Counted from the stretch's first letter, positions 30,129-41,505 are shown. The stretch: 64,000 nt of DNA from Gammaproteobacteria bacterium (GCA_965222155.1 CBDCTH010000012.1:640001-704000); one strand, 5' to 3'. The notes: generated by a model from the sequence alone, not told the origin. Program-made: numbers and translations.

Positions 30129-32057
30129 ATGCCGATTAAATATATTCCCTACATACCCGACCCGATAAAGGGGCAGGCTCTCCTCAATAATATCCCGCGC
30201 AGTCAACGTCTGTTGCGCTATCGTGACAACGACCGGGTGGTTGAAAAAATACAGCGCGGTATGCCTTACTATGAAGTGGAAACGGTTGAGCAGGTGGGTA
30301 AAACTGACAAGGATTGGAATAACCTGCTGTTGCGCGGGGAGTGTCTGTCCGCCTGTGCTTACCTGAAGGAAACAGGCATCAAGGTGGACCTGGTATATAT
30401 CGACCCGCCCTTTGCCAGCGGCGCCAACTACGCCAAGAAGGTATATATTCGCCGCAACCCGCGCCTAGCGGAAAAAGTCGCCCAGGCAGAACAGGAAATG
30501 GAGATGGAAGAGCTACATGCGTTTGAGGAAACCATGTATAGCGATATATGGCAAAAGGAAGATTACCTTAACTGGATGTATGAAAACCTGATGGCGATTA
30601 AATCCGTAATGTCTGACACTGCCAGCATTTATGTGCACCTGGACTGGCATATTGGGCATTATGTGAAAATTTTGATGGATGAGGTGTTTGGGGAGGAGAA
30701 TTTTATAAATGAAATAGTTTGGATATATTCTGGAAGAGAAATGGATATTTCAAAATGGAATCCGAAGCATGATTGTTTATATTTTTATTCAAACGGAGAA
30801 AAAGTTACGTTTAATACAAACGACGTAAGGGATGCCTATACGGAGGCAACAGAAAATAAATATAGATACGAAGACGATAAAGGAAGGTTTCAGATTAGAG
30901 GTAAAGCAATCAAAGGTAGCCCAGTAGACAGGGCTGATGGTTTGTCTATTGAGTACGAAAAGAAGTATCCAGGGATGACATATCGCCAATATAGCAAAGG
31001 AGGCTCAGCACCAAGAGACTGGTGGAGCATTTCAATGGTTAATAAAGCTGCGAATGAAAGAGTAGATTACGCCACCCAAAAACCCGAAGCCCTGCTGAAA
31101 CGCATTATCAAAGCCAGCAGCGATGAGGATATGATCGTAGCTGATTTCTTCGGCGGTAGCGGCGTCACCGCCAAAGTAGCCCACGACCTGAATAGAAAAT
31201 TCATCCACTGCGACGTCGGCGTCAACAGTCTGCAAATCACCCGAGACCGTTTGCAAGAAGCCAATGCCGGTTTTCAGGTAATGGATATAAAAGACGGCGT
31301 CAGCCTGTTTCGTAACCCGCAACAAACCATGGACAAACTGGCAAAATTAATTCCCGGACTGCAACAACAGGTTCAAGGCATCGGCAATTTCTGGTTCGGC
31401 GCAATCCAGGACAGCAAGCTGGGCAGCATTCCCGTTTATGTGCCGAATTTAATCGACAGCAGCGAAAAAGTGCTGGACGTGCCGATTATCAACCGCATTA
31501 TCAACGAAGAGTTGCAAAAACTGGAATTGACCCCCGCAAAGGCAATCGCCTACTTTGTCGATATTGATGATCGTAAGGAACTGGAGCAATTCATTCGTGA
31601 AAACAATCCTGTTGTTACCGAAATAGAACTGCGCGATCTGAAAACATTACTTGCTCATACTGTCAGCAACGATGAATTCAGCTTCAAGGTTAGCAAAGAG
31701 AAAAACCAATTTGTTACCCGTATCACTGAATTTCACAGCGACCGTCTGCAACAAAAGATAACCGAGTTCAATGACAAAAGACAGTTGAAAACGGCGAACA
31801 GGAATGAGATAAAACCTGTCCTGCTCAGTGATGAGGGGCTGGAGTTGATCGAATGGCTAGCGGTTGATTGCAAAAACACTGTCGGAGCGTGGCACAGCAG
31901 CAGCGAAATTAAAATAGACAAGTTGGGTTATACAAGCATTGATGGCAAGAAAACAAAAAAGTTCTGGGACGGCACTATCATTTCAAAACAAAAACCACTA
32001 CGAATAATAATCCGCAACGTTGCCGGTGATGAAACCATCAAAGCCGTTGATGGTTGA
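30129..32057 (+). CDS. Type III-like DNA methyltransferase (beta class) with C-terminal extension
   Basis: DLVYIDPPF, YVHLDWH, TQKPEALLKRII, DFFGGSGVT. Confidence 0.88.
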   Translation: MPIKYIPYIPDPIKGQALLNNIPRSQRLLRYRDNDRVVEKIQRGMPYYEVETVEQVGKTDKDWNNLLLRGECLSACAYLKETGIKVDLVYIDPPFASGANYAKKVYIRRNPRLAEKVAQAEQEMEMEELHAFEETMYSDIWQKEDYLNWMYENLMAIKSVMSDTASIYVHLDWHIGHYVKILMDEVFGEENFINEIVWIYSGREMDISKWNPKHDCLYFYSNGEKVTFNTNDVRDAYTEATENKYRYEDDKGRFQIRGKAIKGSPVDRADGLSIEYEKKYPGMTYRQYSKGGSAPRDWWSISMVNKAANERVDYATQKPEALLKRIIKASSDEDMIVADFFGGSGVTAKVAHDLNRKFIHCDVGVNSLQITRDRLQEANAGFQVMDIKDGVSLFRNPQQTMDKLAKLIPGLQQQVQGIGNFWFGAIQDSKLGSIPVYVPNLIDSSEKVLDVPIINRIINEELQKLELTPAKAIAYFVDIDDRKELEQFIRENNPVVTEIELRDLKTLLAHTVSNDEFSFKVSKEKNQFVTRITEFHSDRLQQKITEFNDKRQLKTANRNEIKPVLLSDEGLELIEWLAVDCKNTVGAWHSSSEIKIDKLGYTSIDGKKTKKFWDGTIISKQKPLRIIIRNVAGDETIKAVDG

Positions 32058-32109
32058 CGGTGAATTAATATACTTTGCTCCATCTTCTCATTTATAACCG
32101 GGAGTAATA

Positions 32110-32529
32110 ATGGATATACCGTCGATAGCTGTTATTTTGGGTGCCATTTCAAAGGCCATTGAAATCACCAACCGTATCAATAGCAGTGACAATCCAATGG
32201 GAAAGGCTGAAGTGAAACTCCAATTTGCGAATTTAATCAGTGAGCTTGCTGATGCAAAAGTGGAGATAACCAACATCCAACAACAATTACTAGAAAAGGA
32301 TGAACAGATCCGTAACCTTAATGAGCAAATTGCTGTTAAGGGGAAGCTCCAATATGAACCACCTTATTACTGGCTTGTTGAGGACGAAAATAAAGACGGT
32401 CCTTTTTGTCAGTCTTGTTACGATAAGGATAACAAGTTTATCAGACTCTATGATACGCAAGACAATAAGGGTGTCTGGAATTGTAAAGTTTGCAAGAATA
32501 CCTACATTAGCAGCACATTTAATACCTAG
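32110..32529 (+). CDS. Hypothetical protein, coiled coil plus Zn ribbon
   Basis: GGAG RBS; heptad region; CQSC...CKVC; low GC. Confidence 0.7.
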   Translation: MDIPSIAVILGAISKAIEITNRINSSDNPMGKAEVKLQFANLISELADAKVEITNIQQQLLEKDEQIRNLNEQIAVKGKLQYEPPYYWLVEDENKDGPFCQSCYDKDNKFIRLYDTQDNKGVWNCKVCKNTYISSTFNT

Positions 32530-32634
32530 AATATCCAACAAAAAATCTAATTGGAGAGCGAGCTGATCTATTCAAATTTTGGCAAGAGTTATCAAAATAA
32601 TCCGTCATCGCGTCCCAACGGTGATAATTAATCC

Positions 32635-33276
32635 ATGGCTAATCACTTTTCAGACCTGCGCCGGGAATATCGTCACGTGGCATTGCATGAACAGGATGCA
32701 ATGGATGACCCGGTAGAGCAGTTTAAAGACTGGTTCGGGCAGGCTGTCGAGTTCGGAGTACCGCTACCCAATGCCATGGCGCTGGCGACGGCAACAAAGG
32801 ACGGCAAGCCCACAGCCCGGTATGTGTTGTTAAAGGAGATAAGTGAGCGGGGATTTTCCTTTTATACCCATTCCGTCAGCGTTAAAGGCAAGCAGATTGC
32901 GGAAAACCCGGACGTTGCCCTGGTATTTTACTGGTCACAAATGCACCGGCAGGTACGGGTGGAAGGCAAGGCCTGCCTGCTGACTAACGCGGAGGCAGAT
33001 GCCTACTTCAATACCCGGCCCTATGACAGCCGTCTTGCCGTATGGGTCGCGGATCAAAGTAGACCGGTTGATAGTCGGGAATTTCTTGAAACCAAGATGA
33101 CCGAGATTGCAGAACGGTACCCGGGCGATTTCGTGCCCAGGCCTGATACCTGGGTCGGGTATACGGTTACGCCTGAGTGTATGGAATTCTGGCAGGGCAG
33201 GGAAAGCCGATTACATGACCGGCTGCTCTATACCAGGGAGGACGACGGCTGGAAACTGGTCAGGCTGGCACCCTGA
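32635..33276 (+). CDS. pdxH: Pyridoxine/pyridoxamine 5'-phosphate oxidase
   Basis: DLRREY, NAMALAT, RQVRVEG, EFWQGRESRLHDR. Confidence 0.95.
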   Translation: MANHFSDLRREYRHVALHEQDAMDDPVEQFKDWFGQAVEFGVPLPNAMALATATKDGKPTARYVLLKEISERGFSFYTHSVSVKGKQIAENPDVALVFYWSQMHRQVRVEGKACLLTNAEADAYFNTRPYDSRLAVWVADQSRPVDSREFLETKMTEIAERYPGDFVPRPDTWVGYTVTPECMEFWQGRESRLHDRLLYTREDDGWKLVRLAP

Positions 33277-33301
33277 TCCGCAGCACTCGCAAAGTTGCAT
33301 A

Positions 33302-33406
33302 AATCTGTTTCGGGTCTCTCTCCCAGCGTATGGGAAGGGCGGTGAACCTGCAAAGTCAGGACCGCTTAAAAGGGGTTCCTCGCCCGCAGCCCAAACAGGC
33401 AGATTG
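33302..33406. other. Structured non-coding segment of unknown class
   Basis: Nested helices CTGTTTCGGG/CCCAAACAG, TCCCA/TGGGA, GCGGT/ACCGC, CCTG/CAGG. Confidence 0.35.
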
Positions 33407-33597
33407 ATCATACCATGGGCATCGCCGCGGATATACGCTTCTTACAATGTCTATCCTACATTGACCTAAGGAACCTCTGATTAAGTCAGAGGTTTGCGTA
33501 TTTCACTGAATCCTGCCACCCGTTTCACGTGAAGGCTGCCACCCGGAACGCAGCAAAGCTGCCACCCCCAGGCGCGTGATGACGTGGGTGTTGGTCA

Positions 33598-34356
33598 TTA
33601 TGACTCTGTTGGGGTCATCGTCGTCAATGTTTTTTTCTGTTTTCGCATGGATTCACCCTTGAGTTGTATTTTGTAAGCATTATGCACCAGGCGGTCAAGG
33701 ATGGCATCGGCGAGGGTGGGGTCGCCGATGCTGTGATGCCATTTTTCGGCCGGTAATTGACTGGTAGCGAGGGTGGAGCGTGCGCCGTGGCGGTCTTCCA
33801 GGATTTCCAGCAGGTCACGGCGCTGCTCTGCGTTCAATTTGACCAGGCCCCAGTCATCGAGGATGAGGGCCTGGGTTTTTGCCAGGGTGGTGAGGAGCTT
33901 GGGATAGCGTCCATCGCCCTTGGCGATGGACAGGTCCTGGAGGAGTCTGGGCAGGCGCAGGTAGAGGGCGGTGTAGCCGTGCCGGCAGGCGTTGTGTGCC
34001 AGGGCACAGGCGAGCCAGGTTTTGCCGACGCCGGTGGGGCCGGTGATGAGGATATTGAGGTGTTCGCGGACCCACTGGCAGGTGGCCAGTGATTGCATCA
34101 GGGATTTATCCAGTCCGCGCGGGTGGCGATAGTCGATATCCTCCAGGGTGGCATTGTGTTTGAGGCGGGCGCATCGCAGCCGGTTGGACAGGCGTCGGTT
34201 GTCCCGTTCGGTTATCTCCCGGTCGACGAGCAGGCCGAGGCGTTCCTCGAAGCTGAGGGTATCGATATCGGGCACGGACATCTGCTCGGTGAGGGCGGCA
34301 GCCATACCGGTGCATTTCAAGGTCTGGAGTTTGTCCAGGGTGGGATGTATCAACAT
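33598..34356 (-). CDS. istB: IS21 helper ATPase IstB
   Basis: GPTGVGKT, LILDDWG, DAILDRLVHNA, GESMRK. Confidence 0.95.
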   Translation of the reverse strand: MLIHPTLDKLQTLKCTGMAAALTEQMSVPDIDTLSFEERLGLLVDREITERDNRRLSNRLRCARLKHNATLEDIDYRHPRGLDKSLMQSLATCQWVREHLNILITGPTGVGKTWLACALAHNACRHGYTALYLRLPRLLQDLSIAKGDGRYPKLLTTLAKTQALILDDWGLVKLNAEQRRDLLEILEDRHGARSTLATSQLPAEKWHHSIGDPTLADAILDRLVHNAYKIQLKGESMRKQKKTLTTMTPTES

Positions 34357-34375
34357 AGCAGTCTCCTGTCGTGGG

Positions 34376-35917
34376 TCAGTGGTAGTAGGATGGGCCACGG
34401 ATATTGTCGTGGTCATCAGGTAAGGCCGCCTCGGTCTGCTCGGCGAGGGGTTGCCGGTCCAGGCCGTGGCGGAGGATGGATTCGATACTTTTGTAACTGT
34501 GGCTGCCCAGGGTGAGGGCGCGTTGGCAGGCGGCCTCCAGCCGGTCGTCGCCGTAGGTTTTAGCCAGGCGCAGGATCCCTAAGCAACTGCGGTAGGCCTG
34601 CTGGGGGTGCTTGCGGGCAGACAGGACACGGAGGATAAGGGTTTCTGTGGCCGGCCCGACCTGCGCGGCCCAGCGGCCCAGGCGTTGCGGGGACCACTCG
34701 CCGGCCTGGCGGTGCGCCTCGGGCATGTGGGCCGGGACGGTGGTATGACGTGCCTTATGATACGAGCGTCGATGGCTGGCGATGCGCTGGCCGCGATGAA
34801 AGCATTCAATGGTGTTGGCGGTGATGCGCACGTCCAGTTGTTTTTTGATGAGCGCGTGGGGCACGGAGTAGTAATGGCCATGGACCTCGATGTGATAGTC
34901 GATATGGACCCGCGCCTGCTTCCACTCGGCGTATTCGTACGCTTCGACGGGCAGGGGGCGCAGGGCCGGTTTATCCAGTTGCTCAAACAGCGCGCGCCGG
35001 GTGCCCGGCAGTTTCTTGAAGGGCCGGTTGTTGAGCGTCTCCAGCAACGCCCGGATGGCGCGGTTCAACTCTGCCAGGGAGAAGCACTGACGCTGGCGCA
35101 GGGCGGCGAGGATCCAGCGCTCTACCACCTGTACCGCGACCTCGGCTTTCGCTTTGTCACGGGGACGACGCACCCGTGCCGGGACAATGGCGACCCCGTA
35201 ATGGGTGGCCAGGTCCTGGTAGGTGGGGTTGATGTCCGGCTCATAGCGATGCGCACGGCTCACCCCGGCGCGTAAATTATCCGGCACCACCACCTCCGGC
35301 ACACCGCCCAGGTAGGTAAAACAGCGCACGTGGGCGCCGATCCAATCTTCCAGGCCCTGGCTCCAGGTGGCCTCGGCATAGGTGTAGTTCGACGCGCCCA
35401 GCGCTGCCACAAACACCTCTGCCTCACGGACTTCCCCGGTTGCCGGGTTGATGACCTGAGCACGCATACCGGCATAATCCACGAACAGCTTCTCACCGGC
35501 CCGGTGCTCCTGGCGCATGACCAGATCCAGCTTGCCACGCCACGTCCGATAATGCTGGCAGAACCAGGTGTACTGATAGCCTTGCGGGTGAGTCTGGCGA
35601 TACTCATGCCATAACAACTGCAAGGTGACGCCCGGGCGTTTCAACTCCCGATGAATGTGTGACCAATCGGGCACGCCGCGGGCCGCGGCGGGTACAGCTG
35701 GGGCGGGCGGAAACAGCAGACGCTCCAGCGCCCCGTCATCCAGCGCCGCAGGCAGCGGCCAACCCAGCCCGGCCGCCTCGGCCCGGCGCAGGTACTCATC
35801 CACCGCCGGACGGGAAATGCCACAACTCCTGGCTGTCTGGCGTTTGCTCAGGCCCTGGCTCCAGCACAGGCGTAATACGTCTTTTATCTTTCTCATGGAC
35901 AACCTCTTTGCAGGCAT
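34376..35917 (-). CDS. istA: IS21 transposase IstA
   Basis: N-terminal HTH, FVDYAG, VPDNL, PRDKAKAE DDE motifs, YSVP. Confidence 0.95.
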   Translation of the reverse strand: MPAKRLSMRKIKDVLRLCWSQGLSKRQTARSCGISRPAVDEYLRRAEAAGLGWPLPAALDDGALERLLFPPAPAVPAAARGVPDWSHIHRELKRPGVTLQLLWHEYRQTHPQGYQYTWFCQHYRTWRGKLDLVMRQEHRAGEKLFVDYAGMRAQVINPATGEVREAEVFVAALGASNYTYAEATWSQGLEDWIGAHVRCFTYLGGVPEVVVPDNLRAGVSRAHRYEPDINPTYQDLATHYGVAIVPARVRRPRDKAKAEVAVQVVERWILAALRQRQCFSLAELNRAIRALLETLNNRPFKKLPGTRRALFEQLDKPALRPLPVEAYEYAEWKQARVHIDYHIEVHGHYYSVPHALIKKQLDVRITANTIECFHRGQRIASHRRSYHKARHTTVPAHMPEAHRQAGEWSPQRLGRWAAQVGPATETLILRVLSARKHPQQAYRSCLGILRLAKTYGDDRLEAACQRALTLGSHSYKSIESILRHGLDRQPLAEQTEAALPDDHDNIRGPSYYH

Positions 35918-36169
35918 CTGTGTTTCCTCCTTTCAGTAGAAATAAGGACACAGGATACCCTTGGTTATCCACGTCAAACGCGCCGACTATCTACCTCCTT
36001 GGGGGTGGCAGCTTTGCCGTGTAATGGGTGGCAGCTTTGCTGTGAAATACGCACACATAAACTGAAAGGAAACAAATAGTTAGGCAGGTCCGACCCTATA
36101 TTATCCTATCCATCCCCCGTAATCCGGCCCACGCAGCTTGACGGATTTCCGTACTTACCCGTCTGTTAG

Positions 36170-36509
36170 CCCGGATTTCTCACCAGTTGATGCGATGATC
36201 GCGCCGGATTTTGTGCGCCAGCGGGCGCCTGCGACCGAAAGCATAGCCGTAGCTCTGGTTGAGGGACAAATCGTCAGTCCTGACGATTTGCACGGCGACA
36301 GCCGCCCGCAGGGTTGCGCCCAGAGCCTGCCCCTGTATGGAGTTGAGCAGGGGGATGGGCGCAATGAACACGTGCCCGCTGGCGCACAAAAGACAAGCGA
36401 GGGCGCATCAAGCGCAGTCTGCTATAGCGATATAGTGAGCAGATTATCATAACGTATTGACAGCAAACAACTATCCGATGACGACAAGCGAACTGGTGAG
36501 AAATCCGGG
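36170..36509. mobile_element. MITE copy 5 (lacks two nested modules)
   Basis: TIR CCCGGATTTCTCACCAGTT / AACTGGTGAGAAATCCGGG; TTAG duplication at 36166-36169 and 36510-36513. Confidence 0.87.
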
Positions 36510-36598
36510 TTAGGCACTCAAGCCGTCCCGCGAAACCTTGGCGCCACTAATATAATAATCAGTAAGAGAATTAAATGGAAAGGTACAACAGAAGTATT

Positions 36599-36924
36599 TG
36601 GTGGGCCCGGTAGGACTTGAACCTACGACCAATGGATTCACTTTACCCTTTTATTTCTAAAAGGAGCGGACTATCTCACTACCCTCAACCGAATGCTAGG
36701 GTACGGGACGCTCAAGCCTGTTATTAAGAACACTCCAGTTCCCAGGTAGTCTCTGCACCTTCCGAGGGTGTACCCCCGGCTTGGCTCAGGGTTGCCAGTC
36801 CTTCCGCCTTGGCAGGCAGGTGGATTAAGGTTTCCCTGAATTCATCCCGTTCATTTCATATTTTTCAATATGAACGCACCATTTTCGATGAGTCCACTGC
36901 TCTAACCAGCTGAGCTACAGGCCC
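36599..36924 (-). tRNA. tRNA-Ile2 (CAT anticodon), intron-containing; exons 36924-36888 and 36638-36599
   Basis: Joined exons give the 77-nt GGGCCTGTAGCTCAGCTGGTTAGAGCAGTGGACTCAT^AATCCATTGGTCGTAGGTTCAAGTCCTACCGGGCCCACCA; position downstream of rpoD matches E. coli ileX. Confidence 0.9.
36639..36887 (-). ncRNA. Group I intron (IC3-like, 249 nt, no ORF)
   Basis: Exon ends in U and intron ends in G; P AATTCAGGGAAA, Q AACCCTGAGCC, R GTGCAGAGACTA, S GAGATAGTCC; GAAA-capped P2 and P9 hairpins. Confidence 0.9.
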
Positions 36925-36965
36925 AAATAATAATAATAAGAATCACATATAATACGACAGCTTTC

Positions 36966-36989
36966 AAAAAGCAACCCTGGCAGGTTGCT
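36966..36989 (-). terminator. Rho-independent terminator after rpoD
   Basis: AGCAACC/GGTTGCT stem followed by a T-run on the minus strand. Confidence 0.65.
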
Positions 36990-37007
36990 CTGCTCTAATC
37001 CGTTATG

Positions 37008-38849
<1,842 letters not shown>

Positions 38850-38958
38850 GGGCGTCTGAATCCGATTGTCTAGTAGTTGGTCTGCTTGTTAACGATATAT
38901 GGCAAAAAATAATTCTCTATTATAGCACATTATTTAATCAGATCATCGATTAACAGTT

Positions 38959-40716
38959 CTATTTTTTATTCCCACTTTCTTTTGAGTAGCGCCTGCGCAG
39001 TTGCGATTTAGCCTCTTCAGTCAACTCGCTGGGGCTGGATTGGGTGATCTTTTCAATGGATTGTCTGGTTTTAATCAGGTTCAGCTTTTCCACCATATCA
39101 ATGAATTCAAGTTCCGGGTCAAAGTGTTCATCCCTCGGCAATCCGAAACCTGATGCAAGTTCATTCAGTCGTTGCCCGTAGCGCGAACCCCGCCAGTGCT
39201 CGATAATGCCCGCGCAGGTTATTTCGGGATTTGAGTGGACCAATGTAACAAGCTCCGTCAAAAACTCGACGCCCGGAACAGTAATGCCGGACAGTTCAGC
39301 GGGGTCTTCCACAAGCATGGCCAGTTCGGGCTTGTTCAAAATATACGATACGATAGCGCTGATGTCGGCTGTTCTTTCCCGTTTCTGCCGGGACCGGGGA
39401 AGGCCGGGACGACGCTGCGTGGCGCCGGAGCGGTGTTCCTGTAACAGCTTGTGGACTCCTTCGGAATCGATTTGCGCGATACCGGCAACTTCCTGCGTTA
39501 ACAGTACGCGCAGTCCGCTGTCGGGCATTTTGGCCAGGTAAGGCACTATCAGGTCCAGAAAATTTGCCCTGCCTTCACGGGTGGTGGTGCCGGTCCTGGA
39601 TTTTATAGAATCCAGCAGGAAATCGGAGAGAGGAACGATATTTTTATCGGATCGGAATTGTTCCGCACCATATTCCCTGATAAAACTGTCGGGATCATCC
39701 CCTTCGGGCATGAAGTTGAACAACGCCTGTCTTCCCTCACGGAGTTGGGGAACCGTAATTTCCAAAGCCCGCCATGCCGCCTTTTTGCCTGCTTCATCAC
39801 CATCGAAACAAAATATGAGCTGGTCGGCAACCCGGTACAGTTTTTCCAGGTGGTTTTCCGTCGCAGCAGTGCCCATGGTGGCGACTGCGTTGACAACACC
39901 GTTTTGGGCCAGCGCGATCACATCCATATAACCTTCAACAATATAAAGCCTCTCAGGCTGTTTGTTCTTCTGGCGGGCGTGGTAGAGGCCATACAGCTCG
40001 CGACCTTTGTGGAACAGGGGTGTTTCCGGCGTATTCATGTATTTCGGGATATCCTCACCCAGCACCCGGCCACCGAAACCGATGATGCGTCCGCGTTGGT
40101 CGCGTATTGGAAACATGATGCGGTCGCGGAAACGATCGTAAAATCCTTCAGTATCGCGGCGTACTATCATTCCCGCTTCGACCAGGCGGGTTTTAGCTGC
40201 CGCTGACTTGCCCAAAGCGTTTCCCAGGTTTTTCCAGCCCGGCGGGGCGTAACCGATCTCATAATCCTTGATGACCGCGCCGCTGATGCCTCGTTTTTTC
40301 AGGTAATCGATCGCCCTGCCGTCGTTCTCGTGCAGTTGGCACTGGTAGAATTTTGCGGCTTGTTCCAGCAGCTCATATAATTCGTCATGCTGGTTTGAAG
40401 CCGGCTGATAACCCGCTTCGCGCGGGATTTCCAGTCCATACCGTCCGGCCAGGTCTTCTAAGGCCTCAACGAAACCCAGGCCATTGTATTCCATAATAAA
40501 GGTAATTACCGTGCCGCCGGCGCCACAGCCAAAGCAGTGGTAGAACTGCTTGTTCTGACTCACCGTAAAGGAAGGCGTTTTCTCCTCATGAAACGGACAC
40601 AGGGCCTGGTGATCCTTACCGGCTTTGCGCAAGGGGACGCAGCTGTCAATGACCTCGACGATATCGGCCCGCGCCAGCAAGTCATCAATGAAACCTTGAG
40701 GTATTCTACCCGCCAT
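38959..40716 (-). CDS. dnaG: DNA primase
   Basis: CPFH...CFGC zinc finger, DRFRDRIMFPI, EGYMDVI, FDGDEAG TOPRIM. Confidence 0.97.
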   Translation of the reverse strand: MAGRIPQGFIDDLLARADIVEVIDSCVPLRKAGKDHQALCPFHEEKTPSFTVSQNKQFYHCFGCGAGGTVITFIMEYNGLGFVEALEDLAGRYGLEIPREAGYQPASNQHDELYELLEQAAKFYQCQLHENDGRAIDYLKKRGISGAVIKDYEIGYAPPGWKNLGNALGKSAAAKTRLVEAGMIVRRDTEGFYDRFRDRIMFPIRDQRGRIIGFGGRVLGEDIPKYMNTPETPLFHKGRELYGLYHARQKNKQPERLYIVEGYMDVIALAQNGVVNAVATMGTAATENHLEKLYRVADQLIFCFDGDEAGKKAAWRALEITVPQLREGRQALFNFMPEGDDPDSFIREYGAEQFRSDKNIVPLSDFLLDSIKSRTGTTTREGRANFLDLIVPYLAKMPDSGLRVLLTQEVAGIAQIDSEGVHKLLQEHRSGATQRRPGLPRSRQKRERTADISAIVSYILNKPELAMLVEDPAELSGITVPGVEFLTELVTLVHSNPEITCAGIIEHWRGSRYGQRLNELASGFGLPRDEHFDPELEFIDMVEKLNLIKTRQSIEKITQSSPSELTEEAKSQLRRRYSKESGNKK

Positions 40717-40814
40717 TAGTCCTGCCTGCTGAGTGTTAGCTAAGCGAATAGGGATATTATAGCCGGGTTAACACCCTGCATACCGGTGGCTTTGAATAGA
40801 CCCTGACGTTTATA

Positions 40815-41273
40815 CTACGGAGTCAGCCGGGCTTTTACCAGTGTGCTGACTTTGCCCATATCCGCACGCCCCTGCAACGCGGATTTTAATTGTCCCATGA
40901 CTTTTCCCATGTCTTTCATTGATGCGGCGCCTGTCGCGGCTATCACTTCGTCAACTCTGGCATTGATTTCTGCAGCATCCAGCGGCTGGGGCAGGTAGCT
41001 GAGGATGATATCAAGCTCAAACTGCTCTTTTTCGACCAGGTCCTGACGATCCGCCATAGAGTATTGTTGAATGGAATCACGCTGCTGTTTTGCCATTTTA
41101 TCCAGGACAGCCATGACCTGGACGTCATCAAGTTCGATACGTTCATCCACCTCTCGTTGTTTAATGGAGGCAGTGATAAGCCGTAAAGCAGCAAGGCGGT
41201 CTTTTTCCTTACTGCGCATGGCAGCTTTAACATCTTCGTTGATTTGGTGTTTGAGATCACCCATGAAATGCAC
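40815..41273 (-). CDS. GatB/YqeY domain protein
   Basis: KAAMRSKEK.RL, YLPQPL, DMGKVMG; located between rpsU and dnaG. Confidence 0.9.
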   Translation of the reverse strand: MHFMGDLKHQINEDVKAAMRSKEKDRLAALRLITASIKQREVDERIELDDVQVMAVLDKMAKQQRDSIQQYSMADRQDLVEKEQFELDIILSYLPQPLDAAEINARVDEVIAATGAASMKDMGKVMGQLKSALQGRADMGKVSTLVKARLTP

Positions 41274-41289
41274 TGGCCAGGAGGTGCGT

Positions 41290-41505
41290 TCAGTACTGCC
41301 TGATTTGTCGAGGGCCGGTTTTTACCTGGCGCTTCTGGTGGCGTTTTACTGCGGCGGCAGCTTTTCGTTTTCTCATTTGTGTGGGTTTTTCGTAAAATTC
41401 GCGCCGGTGGACTTCAGCCAGTACGCCGGCTTTCTCGCAGGCTCGCTTAAAACGTCGCAATGCGAAATCGAACGGTTCATTATCTCTTACTTTTACACTG
41501 GGCAT
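41290..41505 (-). CDS. rpsU: 30S ribosomal protein S21
   Basis: [21 protein letters not shown]...REFYEKPT. Confidence 0.97.
   Translation of the reverse strand: MPSVKVRDNEPFDFALRRFKRACEKAGVLAEVHRREFYEKPTQMRKRKAAAAVKRHQKRQVKTGPRQIRQY

Larger units (their letters stand above)
33495..36053 (-). mobile_element. IS21-family insertion sequence (2559 bp)
   Basis: Terminal IR TGCGTATTTCAC / GTGAAATACGCA; repeated internal CTGCCACCC boxes at both ends; istA-istB; no target duplication seen. Confidence 0.93.

Noticed and set aside
33336-33395. SRP RNA or TPP riboswitch
   Set aside because: GTCAGG is present but the GGAAG..AGCAG SRP loop is not; the TPP CTGAGA and AGGGA elements are absent
36599-36638. 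tRNA 3' half as the att site of an integrated element
   Set aside because: The matching 5' half is only 249 nt away and the insert has group I core motifs; no integrase present
36639-36887. Homing endonuclease in the intron
   Set aside because: The intron is too short and has no suitable ORF
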